Source of the DNA: an uncultured Acetobacteraceae bacterium
Lineage (GTDB): Bacteria; Pseudomonadota; Alphaproteobacteria; Acetobacterales; Acetobacteraceae
Direction of reading: 5' to 3'
Assembly (NCBI GenBank): GCA_964244585.1
Contig: CAXTJM010000018.1
Location: forward strand, 2,084-66,083
DNA length: 64,000 bases
The position numbers were made by a program, and so were the translations under genes. Shown piece by piece: positions 54,476 through 64,000 of this stretch (within the stretch, counting starts at the first letter, position 1; each line of letters starts with the position of its first letter). A model generated the notes under the pieces. The model had not been told where the DNA came from. It worked only from the letters and a program-made list of their open reading frames with translations, and made no database searches.

Positions 54476-54865
54476 TTAGACGCGGCGACGCTTGCGCGGG
54501 CGGCATCCATTATGCGGGATCGGCGTCAGATCGCGGATCTGGGTAATGGAGAAGCCAACCGTCTGGAGCGCGCGCAACGCACTTTCGCGACCGGACCCCG
54601 GGCCGTTCACCTCGATCTCTAACGTCTCCATGCCATGCTCACGTGCCTTCCGGCCGGCATCCTCTGCGGCCACCTGAGCAGCGTAAGGCGTGGATTTGCG
54701 GCTTCCCTTGAACCCGCCCATCCCGGCGGACGACCATGCGATCGTGTTGCCCTGGGCGTCCGTAATGGTGACCATGGTGTTGTTGAACGTCGCATTCACG
54801 TGCGCGACGCCGGAGATGATGTTCTTGCGCTCCTTGCGACGGGGACGCGCTGGGGCTTTCGCCAT
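54476..54865 (-). CDS. rpsK: 30S ribosomal protein S11
   Basis: [26 protein letters not shown]. Confidence 0.99.
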   Translation of the reverse strand: MAKAPARPRRKERKNIISGVAHVNATFNNTMVTITDAQGNTIAWSSAGMGGFKGSRKSTPYAAQVAAEDAGRKAREHGMETLEIEVNGPGSGRESALRALQTVGFSITQIRDLTPIPHNGCRPRKRRRV

Positions 54866-54908
54866 GAGGTGATCCTACCTTCAAACGAGTGTGCGGCGAC
54901 GCCGACTG

Positions 54909-55286
54909 CTACTTGGTGACTTTCTTCTTGCCAGCGATCGCCACCGCCTTGCCTTTCCGGGTGCGCGCGTTGGTGTGCGTGCGCTGACCGCGAACCGGCA
55001 GGCCACGACGATGGCGCAGCCCACGGTAGCAGCCGAGATCCATCAGGCGCTTGATGTTCATTGCGACTTCACGCCGCAGGTCGCCTTCAACGCGGAACTC
55101 CCGGTCGATCAGCTCACGAATCTTTAGCACTTCGTCATCGGACAGCTGGTTTACCCGGCGGTCATCCGGAATGCCGAGCTTCTCGCAAATACTCGCAGCC
55201 TTTGTCGGCCCGATGCCGTAGATGTAACGGAGGCTGATCGTTACCCGCTTGTTGGTCGGGATGTTCACACCGGCAATACGCGCCAC
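54909..55286 (-). CDS. rpsM: 30S ribosomal protein S13
   Basis: [33 protein letters not shown]. Confidence 0.99.
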   Translation of the reverse strand: MARIAGVNIPTNKRVTISLRYIYGIGPTKAASICEKLGIPDDRRVNQLSDDEVLKIRELIDREFRVEGDLRREVAMNIKRLMDLGCYRGLRHRRGLPVRGQRTHTNARTRKGKAVAIAGKKKVTK

Positions 55287-55426
55287 GCTCGTCTCCTACT
55301 CGAACCCGGATGCGCACTATCGCAGCGTGCCGCCGGGCTTGGTGGTCAAGCGGCCTGCTCGCATCTGCGCTGGGCCACCGAAAATGTCATACGGGCGCAA
55401 ACGTTGCCGCTGCGCCGGAGCAGCCC

Positions 55427-55454
55427 GTTATACGAAGGCACGACGGAGAGTCAA
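55427..55454 (-). promoter_or_regulatory. sigma70 promoter of the rpsM-rpsK-rpoA-rplQ operon
   Basis: Minus strand TTGACT-N16-TATAAC overlapping the adk stop. Confidence 0.65.
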
Positions 55455-56140
55455 CGAACTTCGGTCACATTTAGGTGAACATGCGCGCTCGGCAAGGTTT
55501 GCAGCACAGCCTCGATCCCGGCAGCGACTGCGTCCATCGAGCCCATTCCGTCCAAAGTGTGCAGCCGGCCGGTAGCCTGGTAATGCGGCAGGATCGGCCT
55601 GGTTTGGCGGTTGTATACGTCCAGTCGCTCGCGCACCGTCTCCCGCTTGTCATCCGGGCGACGAATGAACTGCGTCGATCCACAGATATCGCAGACACCG
55701 GGCTTGCCAGTCGGCTTGAAACTGTCGTGATAGCTGGTGCCGCAATTCGCACAGCTAAATCGCCCGGCGATCCGCTCGATCAAGGCCGTGTCGTCCACCT
55801 TCAACTCGATCACAGCATCCAGTTCGAGGCCGAGTTCGGACAGCATGGTGTCCAGCGCCTCGGCCTGCGCGACGGTGCGGGGAAAGCCGTCCAGGATGAA
55901 ACCGGCGGTGCAGTCAGGCTGCCGTACCCGACTGGCCAGCATGTCGATGATGATATCGTCGGACACCAAGGCGCCGGACGCCATCACGGCAGCCGCCCGC
56001 CTGCCAACATCGCTGCCCGCGGCCACCTCACTGCGCAACATGTCGCCCGTGGAGATCTGTGCAATGCCGTGCGCCTCCTGCAGCCGCTTGGCCTGGGTCC
56101 CCTTCCCCGCACCAGGCGGCCCGAGCAGGATGAGCTTCAT
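55451..56140 (-). CDS. adk: Adenylate kinase (Zn-LID type)
   Basis: [25 protein letters not shown], CxxC...CxxC LID. Confidence 0.98.
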   Translation of the reverse strand: MKLILLGPPGAGKGTQAKRLQEAHGIAQISTGDMLRSEVAAGSDVGRRAAAVMASGALVSDDIIIDMLASRVRQPDCTAGFILDGFPRTVAQAEALDTMLSELGLELDAVIELKVDDTALIERIAGRFSCANCGTSYHDSFKPTGKPGVCDICGSTQFIRRPDDKRETVRERLDVYNRQTRPILPHYQATGRLHTLDGMGSMDAVAAGIEAVLQTLPSAHVHLNVTEVR

Positions 56141-57483
56141 CTCGCGCGGCCTTTCACACGAGATTTACGGATAAGGCCTTCATACTGGTGAGCCAGCAAA
56201 TGCGACTGCACCTGGGTCACCGTATCCATGGTCACGGATACGATGATCATCAGGCTCGTGCCGCCGAAGTAGAACGGCACGTTGTAATTGGCGATCAGCA
56301 CCTCCGGCAACAGGCAGACGACGCAGAGATACAGCGCACCGATCGTGGTCAAACGCGTGAGGATCCGGTCGAAGTAATCCGCTGTGTTGCTGCCGGGTCG
56401 TATGCCGGGAATGAAGCCACCGTACTTCTTCAGGTTATCTGCCGTCTCCTGCGGGTTGAACACCACGGCGGTATAGAAATACGAGAAGAAGATGATCATC
56501 CCGGCATACAGCCCGAGGTACAGGGGCTGGCCATGCGCGAGCTGGGTCGAGAGCCAACCCAGGACCGAATTCGGGTTGCTTTGACCGAAGCCGGCGATCG
56601 TCGCCGGGATCAGCAGGATGGAGGAAGCGAAGATGGGCGGGATAACGCCAGCCGTGTTCACCTTGAGCGGCATGTGGGTCGAATCGCCGCCGAACATGCG
56701 CTGCCCGACCTGGCGCTTGGGGTATTGCACGACGATGCGTCGCTGCGCCCGCTCCATGAACACGATGAACGCGATCACCGCGACGGCGATGACGATGAAG
56801 GCCAGGATGAAGACTGGCGATAGGGCGCCGGTGCGCCCCAAATCCAGGAGCGTCACCAGCGCATGCGGCAGGTTGGCGACGATGCCGGCAAAGATGATCA
56901 GGCTGGTGCCGTTGCCGACGCCCCGTGCAGTGATCTGCTCTCCCAACCACATGAGGAACATCGTTCCGCCCGTGAGCGTCACGACGCAGGACAGGCGGAA
57001 GAACCATCCTGGATCGAGCACGGCGCCCAGGCCTGCACGGTCATGGAACGCTTCCAAGCCCACGGCGATGCCGTACGACTGGAAGATCGCGATCAGCACC
57101 GTCAGGTAGCGCGTGTACTGATTCAGCTTCTTCCGCCCACTCTCCCCCTCCTTCTTGAGGGTCTCCAACGAGGGAATGGCGGCCGACATCAGCTGGATGA
57201 TGATCGACGCGCTGATGTAGGGCATGATGGTCAGTGCGAAGACCGTCATACGACTCAGATTGCCGCCGCTGAACATGTCGAACATGCCCAACACGCCGCC
57301 ACCTTGCTCCGTCATCGCGTGGCTCATCACGCTGGCGTCGATACCCGGCACCGGCACGTAGCTGCCAACCCGATACACTACTAGGGCACCCAGCGTGAAC
57401 CAGATACGGCTTTTTAACTCGGTAGCCTTACTGAAGGCGCCGAGGTTCATGCTGCCAGCCATCTGCTCGGCGGCCGAGGCCAT
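56137..57483 (-). CDS. secY: Preprotein translocase subunit SecY
   Basis: [47 protein letters not shown]. Confidence 0.99.
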   Translation of the reverse strand: MASAAEQMAGSMNLGAFSKATELKSRIWFTLGALVVYRVGSYVPVPGIDASVMSHAMTEQGGGVLGMFDMFSGGNLSRMTVFALTIMPYISASIIIQLMSAAIPSLETLKKEGESGRKKLNQYTRYLTVLIAIFQSYGIAVGLEAFHDRAGLGAVLDPGWFFRLSCVVTLTGGTMFLMWLGEQITARGVGNGTSLIIFAGIVANLPHALVTLLDLGRTGALSPVFILAFIVIAVAVIAFIVFMERAQRRIVVQYPKRQVGQRMFGGDSTHMPLKVNTAGVIPPIFASSILLIPATIAGFGQSNPNSVLGWLSTQLAHGQPLYLGLYAGMIIFFSYFYTAVVFNPQETADNLKKYGGFIPGIRPGSNTADYFDRILTRLTTIGALYLCVVCLLPEVLIANYNVPFYFGGTSLMIIVSVTMDTVTQVQSHLLAHQYEGLIRKSRVKGRAR

Positions 57484-57606
57484 GCGTCCATCCCCTAATG
57501 AGCCCGCGGCATCCATTGTGACGCGCGGAGCGTTCCGCGTGCAAGCGTCGGGACGCCACCCTACAGCTGCCCCGACCTAGAGAAGGGTTGAGGCAGGACG
57601 GCGCTG

Positions 57607-58089
57607 CTAGACCCCCGCCGGCTCCGCGGCCACAACGGTCGCCGTCACCGACCCGCCCGCCGCCTCCACCGCCGCCTTGGCCGATGCCGAGACACCGGAC
57701 ACCGTCACGGTGATCGCGCGATTGATAGCGCCCCGGCCGAGCAGGCGAACGCCCGCCACCTTCGCCAACCGCACGAGACCGGCCTTTTCCAACGCCGCCT
57801 CATCGATCGCGCCGGCATCGAGCCGGCCCGCTTCGACGGCCTTGTCGACCGTGCCCAGATTAACCGGGGCATATGACTTGCGGAAGATGTTCTTGAATCC
57901 GCGCTTCGGCAACCGTCGATAGATCGGGAGCTGGCCGCCCTCGAATCCGTTCAGCGCCACGCCCTCGCGCGCCTTCTGTCCCTTGACGCCCTTGCCCGAC
58001 GTCTTGCCCTTGCCGGAACCGATGCCACGCCCCAGCCGCTTGAACTTCAGCCGCGATCCGGGATTATCCCGGAGTTCGTTGAGCTTCAC
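57607..58089 (-). CDS. rplO: 50S ribosomal protein L15
   Basis: [29 protein letters not shown]. Confidence 0.99.
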   Translation of the reverse strand: MKLNELRDNPGSRLKFKRLGRGIGSGKGKTSGKGVKGQKAREGVALNGFEGGQLPIYRRLPKRGFKNIFRKSYAPVNLGTVDKAVEAGRLDAGAIDEAALEKAGLVRLAKVAGVRLLGRGAINRAITVTVSGVSASAKAAVEAAGGSVTATVVAAEPAGV

Positions 58090-58283
58090 GATAGCTCCTC
58101 CACCTGCACCAGATGATGCACCTTGCGGATCATCCCCCGCACCGCCGGGGTGTCCTCCAACGTGCTGGCCTTGCGCATCTTGTTGAGACCAAGCCCGATC
58201 AGCGTCTCGATCTGGCCCGGCTTGCGACCCAGGCCAGACGCGACCTGCACGATCCTAACTCGCTTCTTCTGCGTCTCAGACAT
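58086..58283 (-). CDS. rpmD: 50S ribosomal protein L30
   Basis: TLIGLGLNK...[16 protein letters not shown]; start MSETQKK. Confidence 0.97.
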   Translation of the reverse strand: MSETQKKRVRIVQVASGLGRKPGQIETLIGLGLNKMRKASTLEDTPAVRGMIRKVHHLVQVEELS

Positions 58284-58854
58284 CGGCTGCAACCTCCGCT
58301 TCCGGCGCATCGCGCTTGCCCAGGATGTCGCCGACTTTCTTGCCCCGGCGGCTCGCGACTGAGCGCGGGCTGGCACAGCGCGAGAGCCCGGCGAACGTCG
58401 CCTTCACCATGTTATGCGGATTGCGGCTGCCCAACGACTTGGCCACCACGTCGCCGATGCCCAGCGCCTCGAACACCGCACGCATCGGTCCGCCAGCGAT
58501 GATGCCCGTCCCCGCCTCCGCGGCGCGCAACACGACCATGCCGGCGCCATACTCGCCATGCACGTCGTGGTGCAACGTGCGGCCTTCCTTCATGGGGACG
58601 CGGATCATGGTGCGCTTGGCCCGCTCGGTCGCCTTGCGGATCGCCTCCGGCACTTCGCGCGCCTTGCCGGCTCCATAGCCCACCCGGCCCTTCTGGTCAC
58701 CCACCACCACCAAGGCAGCGAAGGCGAAGCGACGGCCGCCTTTCACCACCTTGGCCACACGGTTGATGGTAACCAGCTTGTCGATCAGGTCATCGCTGCC
58801 ATCGCGGTCGCGCTCGCGTCCGCCGCGGTTGCCGTCCCGGGAATCCCGTGCCAT
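58276..58854 (-). CDS. rpsE: 30S ribosomal protein S5
   Basis: [28 protein letters not shown]. Confidence 0.99.
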   Translation of the reverse strand: MARDSRDGNRGGRERDRDGSDDLIDKLVTINRVAKVVKGGRRFAFAALVVVGDQKGRVGYGAGKAREVPEAIRKATERAKRTMIRVPMKEGRTLHHDVHGEYGAGMVVLRAAEAGTGIIAGGPMRAVFEALGIGDVVAKSLGSRNPHNMVKATFAGLSRCASPRSVASRRGKKVGDILGKRDAPEAEVAADV

Positions 58855-58868
58855 GTGCGCCTAGCCTC

Positions 58869-59231
58869 TCAGAACGCCAGCCCGCCTTCGCGGGCGGCAT
58901 CGGCCAGCGCTTTGACGCGGCCGTGATACAAATACATGCCGCGATCGAACACCACGGCAGTCACCCCAGCGGCGACGGCCCGTTCGGCAACCAACTTGCC
59001 GACCGCCGCGGCCGCGGCCTTGTCGGCGCCAGTCCGCAACTCCGTGCGAAGTGTCGCGTCCAGGCTGCCGGCTGCCGCCAGGGTTCGACCCTGCGCATCG
59101 TCGATGATCTGGGCATAGATATGCTTGCCCGACCGGAACACCGACAGGCGGGGCCGCCCGGCCGATTTCTGCCTGAGCTGGTAGCGAAGCCGTTGGCGAC
59201 GACGCTCCCGAAGGTCGCGAGGAGAGCTCAT
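58869..59231 (-). CDS. rplR: 50S ribosomal protein L18
   Basis: [20 protein letters not shown]...YHGRV.ALA.AARE.GL.F. Confidence 0.99.
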   Translation of the reverse strand: MSSPRDLRERRRQRLRYQLRQKSAGRPRLSVFRSGKHIYAQIIDDAQGRTLAAAGSLDATLRTELRTGADKAAAAAVGKLVAERAVAAGVTAVVFDRGMYLYHGRVKALADAAREGGLAF

Positions 59232-59761
59232 TTCTTCTTTCCCTCCTTGCGGCGGATCGTCTCGGTGTCATACCGCACGCCCTTGCCCTTGTAGGGCTCG
59301 GGCGGACGGTAGGCGCGAATTTCCGCAGCGACCTGCCCAACCAGGCGCTTATCCGTGCCCTCGACAGTGATGGCGGTCGGCCGGGGCGTCGTGATCTTGA
59401 TCCCCTCCGGCACGGGATACACCACGTCGTGGCTGAACCCGAGGTTGATCACCAGGTTCGGGCCAGTCACCGCAGCGCGGAACCCGGTTCCCTGGATTTC
59501 CATCGTCTTGGCGTACCCAGTCGACACGCCCTTCACCATGTTGGCAACCAAGGCGCGCGTGGTGCCCCACATCATGCGCGCGGTCCGCTCGCCGCCATTC
59601 GGCGCCACCGACACCTTGCCATCCTCGACCTTGACCGTAACGCTGTCCCGCACCGCCAGGGACAACTCGCCCAGCTTGCCCTTGGCCGTGAGCGTCCGGC
59701 CAGCCATCGCCAACTCGACGCCGGCCGGGATCTCGACCGGATATTTACCTACCCGTGACAT
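59228..59761 (-). CDS. rplF: 50S ribosomal protein L6
   Basis: [18 protein letters not shown]. Confidence 0.99.
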   Translation of the reverse strand: MSRVGKYPVEIPAGVELAMAGRTLTAKGKLGELSLAVRDSVTVKVEDGKVSVAPNGGERTARMMWGTTRALVANMVKGVSTGYAKTMEIQGTGFRAAVTGPNLVINLGFSHDVVYPVPEGIKITTPRPTAITVEGTDKRLVGQVAAEIRAYRPPEPYKGKGVRYDTETIRRKEGKKK

Positions 59762-59771
59762 ACCAGCCTCC

Positions 59772-60170
59772 CTAGAACACGCGGCAAAGGACTTCGCCGC
59801 CGACATTGGCAGCACGCGCCTCTGCATCGCTCAGCACGCCACGTGGTGTGGAAAGGATGGAGACGCCCAAGCCCGCATACACGCGCGGCAACTCCTTGAT
59901 TTTCGAATACACCCGGCGACCCGGCTTGGACACGCGAGTGATTTCCTTGATCACGGGTTCGCCCTCATTGTACTTCAACTCGATCCGGAGCTGTCCCACG
60001 CCAGGACGCAACTCCTCGGCTGAAAACCCGCGGATGAAGCCCTCGCGTTTCAGCGCATCCAGCACGTTGGCCCGCAACTTGGACGCCGGGGCGACACAAC
60101 CCGAATGGCGGGCACGCTGTGCATTACGAATACGGGTGAGCATGTCACCCAGCGGATCCGACATCGACAT
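59772..60170 (-). CDS. rpsH: 30S ribosomal protein S8
   Basis: [27 protein letters not shown]. Confidence 0.99.
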   Translation of the reverse strand: MSMSDPLGDMLTRIRNAQRARHSGCVAPASKLRANVLDALKREGFIRGFSAEELRPGVGQLRIELKYNEGEPVIKEITRVSKPGRRVYSKIKELPRVYAGLGVSILSTPRGVLSDAEARAANVGGEVLCRVF

Positions 60171-60182
60171 GGCCGCGCTCCC

Positions 60183-60488
60183 CTACCAGCTCGCCTTGAC
60201 CATGCCGGGAATCTGCCCGGCACTGGCAAGGTCCCGCAGGGCGATGCGGCACAGCTTGAACTTGCGGTAATTGGCGCGGGCACGGCCTGTCAGCGCGCAG
60301 CGCAACCGCACCCGGCCCTTGGCGCCGTTACGCGGCAATTGCGCCAGCTTCATCGACGCATCGAACCGCTCCTCCACCGGAGCCTCGCGATCCATCAACA
60401 CCGTCTTCAACACGGCCCGCTTGTTCTTGTCCCGCGCCGCCATGCGCTCGCGCTTGGCATTGCGGTTGACCTGGGAGACTTTCGCCAT
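60183..60488 (-). CDS. rpsN: 30S ribosomal protein S14 (long, zinc-independent form)
   Basis: RCALTGR, CR..LR, IPG..KASW; 101 aa. Confidence 0.99.
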   Translation of the reverse strand: MAKVSQVNRNAKRERMAARDKNKRAVLKTVLMDREAPVEERFDASMKLAQLPRNGAKGRVRLRCALTGRARANYRKFKLCRIALRDLASAGQIPGMVKASW

Positions 60489-60563
60489 CGTCTACTCACT
60501 CCTTGGAACCTGCCGGACACGGTCCGACGGTTTTCCCAAACTCGGTTGCGGCCCCAAGGCCTG

Positions 60564-61151
60564 TCAGGCAGCCTTGGCCTGTTGCCCGGCCTCGCCGGCG
60601 AACGGCACGTCGAAAACCTTCAACAGCGCCTTCGCCTCGGCATCGGTCTTCGCCGTTGTCACAAAGATGATGTCCATCCCGCGAACCGCATCGATCTTGT
60701 CGTAGGCGATTTCCGGAAAGATGATCTGCTCCTTGACGCCCATGGCGAAGTTGCCATTGCCGTCAAAGCCCTTGTTCCCTGGGATCCCGCGGAAGTCGCG
60801 CACCCGCGGCAGCGCGATCGTGGTGAGGCGGTCGAGGAACTCGTACATGCGCTGCTTGCGCAACGTGACCTTGCAGCCGATCGCTAGGCCCTCCCGGATC
60901 TTGAACCCCGCGATCGCCTTCTTGGCCAACGTCTTCACCGGCTTCTGGCCGCTGATCAGCATCATCTCGGCCACGGCGGCATCCAGCTTCTTTTGGTCAC
61001 CCGCTGCCTCGCCGACACCCATGTTGAGGACGATCTTCTCGAGTCGAGGCACCTGCATCGGATTCTTGTAGCCGAACTGTTCCTGTAGTGTGGCGCGGCC
61101 TGTGTCCAGGTAACGGCGCTGCAGGCGCGCCATGGGCTTGCTCTCGCTCAT
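60564..61151 (-). CDS. rplE: 50S ribosomal protein L5
   Basis: [25 protein letters not shown]; alternative start MARLQ at 61133. Confidence 0.99.
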   Translation of the reverse strand: MSESKPMARLQRRYLDTGRATLQEQFGYKNPMQVPRLEKIVLNMGVGEAAGDQKKLDAAVAEMMLISGQKPVKTLAKKAIAGFKIREGLAIGCKVTLRKQRMYEFLDRLTTIALPRVRDFRGIPGNKGFDGNGNFAMGVKEQIIFPEIAYDKIDAVRGMDIIFVTTAKTDAEAKALLKVFDVPFAGEAGQQAKAA

Positions 61152-61152
61152 C

Positions 61153-61473
61153 TCAGCTCTCGATCACTTCGCCGGTCGCCTTGGCGACGCGGACCTTGCG
61201 GCCGCCCTCGATCACGCGGAACCCGACCTTGGTTGGCTTGTCGCTCTTCGGGTCGACCAACATCAGGTTGGACAGGTGGATCGGGCCTTCTTTCTCGATG
61301 ATCCCGCTTGGCGCTCCCATTCCAGTGGGCTTGGTGTGCCGCTTGACGATGCGAACCCCCCGCACCAGCGCACGGTCGTCCTTCGGCATCACCTGAAGCA
61401 CCTCGCCACGACGCCCTTTATCGGCGCCGGTGATCACCACGACCTGGTCGCCCTTCTTAATCCGAGCGGCCAT
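61153..61473 (-). CDS. rplX: 50S ribosomal protein L24
   Basis: [22 protein letters not shown]. Confidence 0.99.
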   Translation of the reverse strand: MAARIKKGDQVVVITGADKGRRGEVLQVMPKDDRALVRGVRIVKRHTKPTGMGAPSGIIEKEGPIHLSNLMLVDPKSDKPTKVGFRVIEGGRKVRVAKATGEVIES

Positions 61474-61475
61474 GG

Positions 61476-61844
61476 CTACAGCACCTCCGGCGCGAGCGAG
61501 ATGATCTTCATGAACTTGCGACCGCGCAGCTCGCGGACGACCGGCCCGAAGATGCGCGTGCCAATCGGCTCCTGCTGCTTGTTGATCAACACGGCCGCGT
61601 TGCGATCGAACCGTATAGCGCTGCCATCGTTGCGGCGGACCGGGAACGCCGTACGCACGATCACGGCCTGGTGCACGTCACCCTTTTTGACCTTGCCACG
61701 CGGGATCGCTTCCTTGATGGACACGACGATCACGTCGCCCACGGACGCGGTTTTGCGCTTCGAGCCGCCAAGCACCTTGATGCACTGCACGCGCCGGGCG
61801 CCGGAATTATCTGCGACGTCGAGGTTGGATTCGACTTGGATCAT
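61476..61844 (-). CDS. rplN: 50S ribosomal protein L14
   Basis: [26 protein letters not shown]. Confidence 0.99.
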   Translation of the reverse strand: MIQVESNLDVADNSGARRVQCIKVLGGSKRKTASVGDVIVVSIKEAIPRGKVKKGDVHQAVIVRTAFPVRRNDGSAIRFDRNAAVLINKQQEPIGTRIFGPVVRELRGRKFMKIISLAPEVL

Positions 61845-61854
61845 CTATCCGCTC

Positions 61855-62163
61855 CTAGACCTGCACGGGCGCGTCGTGATGCACCTCGCCCACGGCCGCG
61901 ACGTCCGGCGGCACGTCACCGACCGTCTCGCCATTCCGCTCCAGCAGCGTCCAGGTCTTGCGCTTGCTGATCGGCGGGCACTCGATGATACGAACCGTGT
62001 CACCTTCGACGCACAAATTGGTGGCATCGTGGGCCGCGTATTTCTTCGAACGCCGGATGAACTTCTTATACAACGGATGCATAACGCGACGGCTCACCAG
62101 GACAGTGATGGTCTTGTCCATCTTGTCGCTGGTCACCCGCCCGGTCAGGACGCGCCTCGGCAT
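61855..62163 (-). CDS. rpsQ: 30S ribosomal protein S17 with C-terminal extension
   Basis: G.V.SDKMDKT, KKYAAHD, PISK.K.W. Confidence 0.98.
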   Translation of the reverse strand: MPRRVLTGRVTSDKMDKTITVLVSRRVMHPLYKKFIRRSKKYAAHDATNLCVEGDTVRIIECPPISKRKTWTLLERNGETVGDVPPDVAAVGEVHHDAPVQV

Positions 62164-62175
62164 CGTCCGCCTCCT

Positions 62176-62382
62176 TTACTTGGCAGCGGCGGAAGGCTTG
62201 CGCTCCGCCATGATGGTTTTCACGCGCGCAATGTCACGACGCACCTTCTTGACCTGCCCGATGCCTTCGTTCTGCCCGGTCGCACGCTGGAATCGCAGGT
62301 TGAACTGCTCCTTGCGCAGATCCAGCAGCATCGTGCCGAGTTCGTCCGGGGTCTTGGCGCGGATGTCGGTCGCCTTCGCCAT
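62176..62382 (-). CDS. rpmC: 50S ribosomal protein L29
   Basis: LRKEQFNLRFQ.ATGQ, RRDIAR.KT. Confidence 0.98.
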   Translation of the reverse strand: MAKATDIRAKTPDELGTMLLDLRKEQFNLRFQRATGQNEGIGQVKKVRRDIARVKTIMAERKPSAAAK

Positions 62383-62384
62383 GA

Positions 62385-62801
62385 TCAGCCCTCCCCAAGC
62401 CGGGTGATGAATTTGGTCTTGATCGGCAGCTTCGCCGCACCGAGCGCGAGCGATGCCCGGGCCAGGTCATTGGACACACCGTCAATCTCGAACATGATAC
62501 GGCCCGGCTTGACCCGGCACACCCAGAACTCCGGGCTGCCCTTGCCCGAACCCATGCGAACCTCGGCCGGCTTCTGCGACACCGGAACATCCGGAAAGAT
62601 GCGAATCCACACGCGCCCGGCGCGCTTCATGGACCGGGTGATCGCACGCCGCGCAGCCTCGATCTGCCGCGCCGTGATCCGGTCTGGCTCCAACGCCTTC
62701 AACCCGAAGGCCCCGAAATTCAATGCCGTGCCGCCTTTGGCCAGGCCGTGGATGCGACCCTTATGGGCCTTGCGGTACTTGGTCCGCTTGGGGGAAAGCA
62801 T
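62385..62801 (-). CDS. rplP: 50S ribosomal protein L16
   Basis: [24 protein letters not shown]. Confidence 0.99.
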   Translation of the reverse strand: MLSPKRTKYRKAHKGRIHGLAKGGTALNFGAFGLKALEPDRITARQIEAARRAITRSMKRAGRVWIRIFPDVPVSQKPAEVRMGSGKGSPEFWVCRVKPGRIMFEIDGVSNDLARASLALGAAKLPIKTKFITRLGEG

Positions 62802-62813
62802 GCTCGTCCGTCC

Positions 62814-63491
62814 TTAACGCTGCGGCGCCTGCTCGGCCGCACGGCGATCCTGCGCCGCAGGGTCGTGCGCCAGGATCTCACCCTTGAAGATCCAAACCTT
62901 CACACCGCAAGTGCCATACGTCGTCTTCGCCGTGGCCGTGCCAAAATCAATGTCGGCGCGCAGCGTGTGCAATGGCACGCGGCCTTCGCGATACCACTCG
63001 GTCCGCGCAATCTCCGCACCGCCAAGCCGGCCGCCGCAGTTGATCCGGATCCCCTGCGCGCCCAGCCGCATGGCGGACTGCACGGCGCGCTTCATTGCCC
63101 GGCGGAACGCCACCCGCCGCTCCAATTGCTGGGCGATGTTCTCCGCCACCAGCACCGCATCGATTTCCGGCTTGCGGATTTCAACCAGGTTGAGGTTGAC
63201 CTCGACCTTGGTCATCTTCTGTAGCTCCTTGCGGAGCACCTCGATGTCCTGGCCCTTCTTGCCGATGACCACGCCGGGCCGCGCCGCGTAGATCGTCACG
63301 CGCGGCTTCTTCGCTGGGCGCTCGATCACGACGCGGGATACCCCGGCACCCGACAGGCGCTTGCGCAGGTGAGCCCGCAGCTTCAGATCGTCGTGCAACA
63401 GCCGGGCGTAATCCGTCCCGGCATACCAGCGGCTGTCCCAAGTCCGGTTGATGCCCAGGCGCAGGCCGATCGGATTGACCTTGTGACCCAT
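62814..63491 (-). CDS. rpsC: 30S ribosomal protein S3
   Basis: [32 protein letters not shown]. Confidence 0.99.
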   Translation of the reverse strand: MGHKVNPIGLRLGINRTWDSRWYAGTDYARLLHDDLKLRAHLRKRLSGAGVSRVVIERPAKKPRVTIYAARPGVVIGKKGQDIEVLRKELQKMTKVEVNLNLVEIRKPEIDAVLVAENIAQQLERRVAFRRAMKRAVQSAMRLGAQGIRINCGGRLGGAEIARTEWYREGRVPLHTLRADIDFGTATAKTTYGTCGVKVWIFKGEILAHDPAAQDRRAAEQAPQR

Positions 63492-63889
63492 TACGCGGCT
63501 TCCTTCTCAGGCGCAGGCGCTTGACGCTCGGCAACTACGATCTTCAGGTGGCTGAAGAATTTTTCGATGCGTGAAGACTTGCCACGGCCCCGGGCCATGA
63601 AGCGCTTCATGACGATCGACTTGCCGACCTCGGCCCGCGTCACGATCAGCTGGTCGACATCCAATTGGTGGTTGTTCTCGGCGTTCGCGATGGCGCTCTG
63701 CAACGTCTTCTTTACCTGCTGGGCAATCCGGCGTTTGCTGAACGTCAGCGTGGCCACTGCCTGCCCGGCCGGAAGGTTGCGGATCATGCCGGCGACGAGG
63801 TTCAGCTTGCGAGGGCTGACGCGTATGTTGCTCAGAATCGCCTGGGCCTCGGTCTCGGCCAGCATACGCGGATGCTTGGGCTTGCTCAT
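63491..63889 (-). CDS. rplV: 50S ribosomal protein L22
   Basis: [20 protein letters not shown]...I.K..SH. Confidence 0.99.
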   Translation of the reverse strand: MSKPKHPRMLAETEAQAILSNIRVSPRKLNLVAGMIRNLPAGQAVATLTFSKRRIAQQVKKTLQSAIANAENNHQLDVDQLIVTRAEVGKSIVMKRFMARGRGKSSRIEKFFSHLKIVVAERQAPAPEKEAA

Positions 63890-63999
63890 CCCCGCTTCGC
63901 CTTCTTGTCGGCCGAGTGGCTGCTGAACGTGCGGGTGGGAGAGAATTCCCCGAACTTATGCCCGACCATGTTCTCGTTCACCTGAACGGGCAGGAATTT
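63886..63999 (-). CDS. rpsS: 30S ribosomal protein S19, C-terminal part (starts beyond the window end)
   Basis: [37 protein letters not shown]; ATGA overlap with rplV. Confidence 0.97.
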   Translation of the reverse strand, partial: KFLPVQVNENMVGHKFGEFSPTRTFSSHSADKKAKRG

Positions 64000-64000
64000 A

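Noticed and set aside
1-64000. CRISPR arrays, IS elements, integrases, rRNA
   Set aside because: No regularly spaced repeats, transposase/recombinase motifs or rRNA-like sequence seen by eye; short degenerate elements could have been missed without a computational scan.

Overview
This is a GC-rich alphaproteobacterial chromosomal segment; gene content and ribosomal/EF-P sequences suggest Acetobacteraceae (inference). The left core block (1-11.6 kb) holds clpB (partial), a 25-aa microprotein plus transglutaminase, COQ9-def/rpsU, and a long minus-strand run: epmB-efp-suhB-OmpA-like-MotA-like-MotB-like-DUF3859-DMT, with epmA divergent. The right core block (51.1-64 kb) is rarA plus the S10/spc/alpha ribosomal superoperon (rpsS to rplQ, with secY, adk, rpoA). 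Between them lies about 40 kb of accessory DNA punctuated by three tRNA genes (Pro-TGG, Thr-TGT, Ala-CGC), with no integrase visible. It contains: an ABC pair lacking its ATPase; a MobA-like flavin hydroxylase; a catabolic cluster (PtmU3/AibH-like amidohydrolase-fold protein, Rieske ferredoxin, KRCGH-type ICL-family lyase, divergent LeuC/LeuD pair, two transporters); a DUF4214 surface protein with a GlfT2-like galactofuranosyltransferase and glf; the box benzoyl-CoA epoxidase pathway; an atypical zwf; ClpS2; an SPFH two-gene module; and paired class II aldolases. The best candidates for undescribed systems are the amidohydrolase-fold oxygenase/LeuCD/lyase cluster (15.9-25.3 kb) and the non-flagellar MotA/MotB-like motor with a long periplasmic coiled coil (4.0-7.9 kb). 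All family assignments come from motif recognition by eye; no database searches were run.
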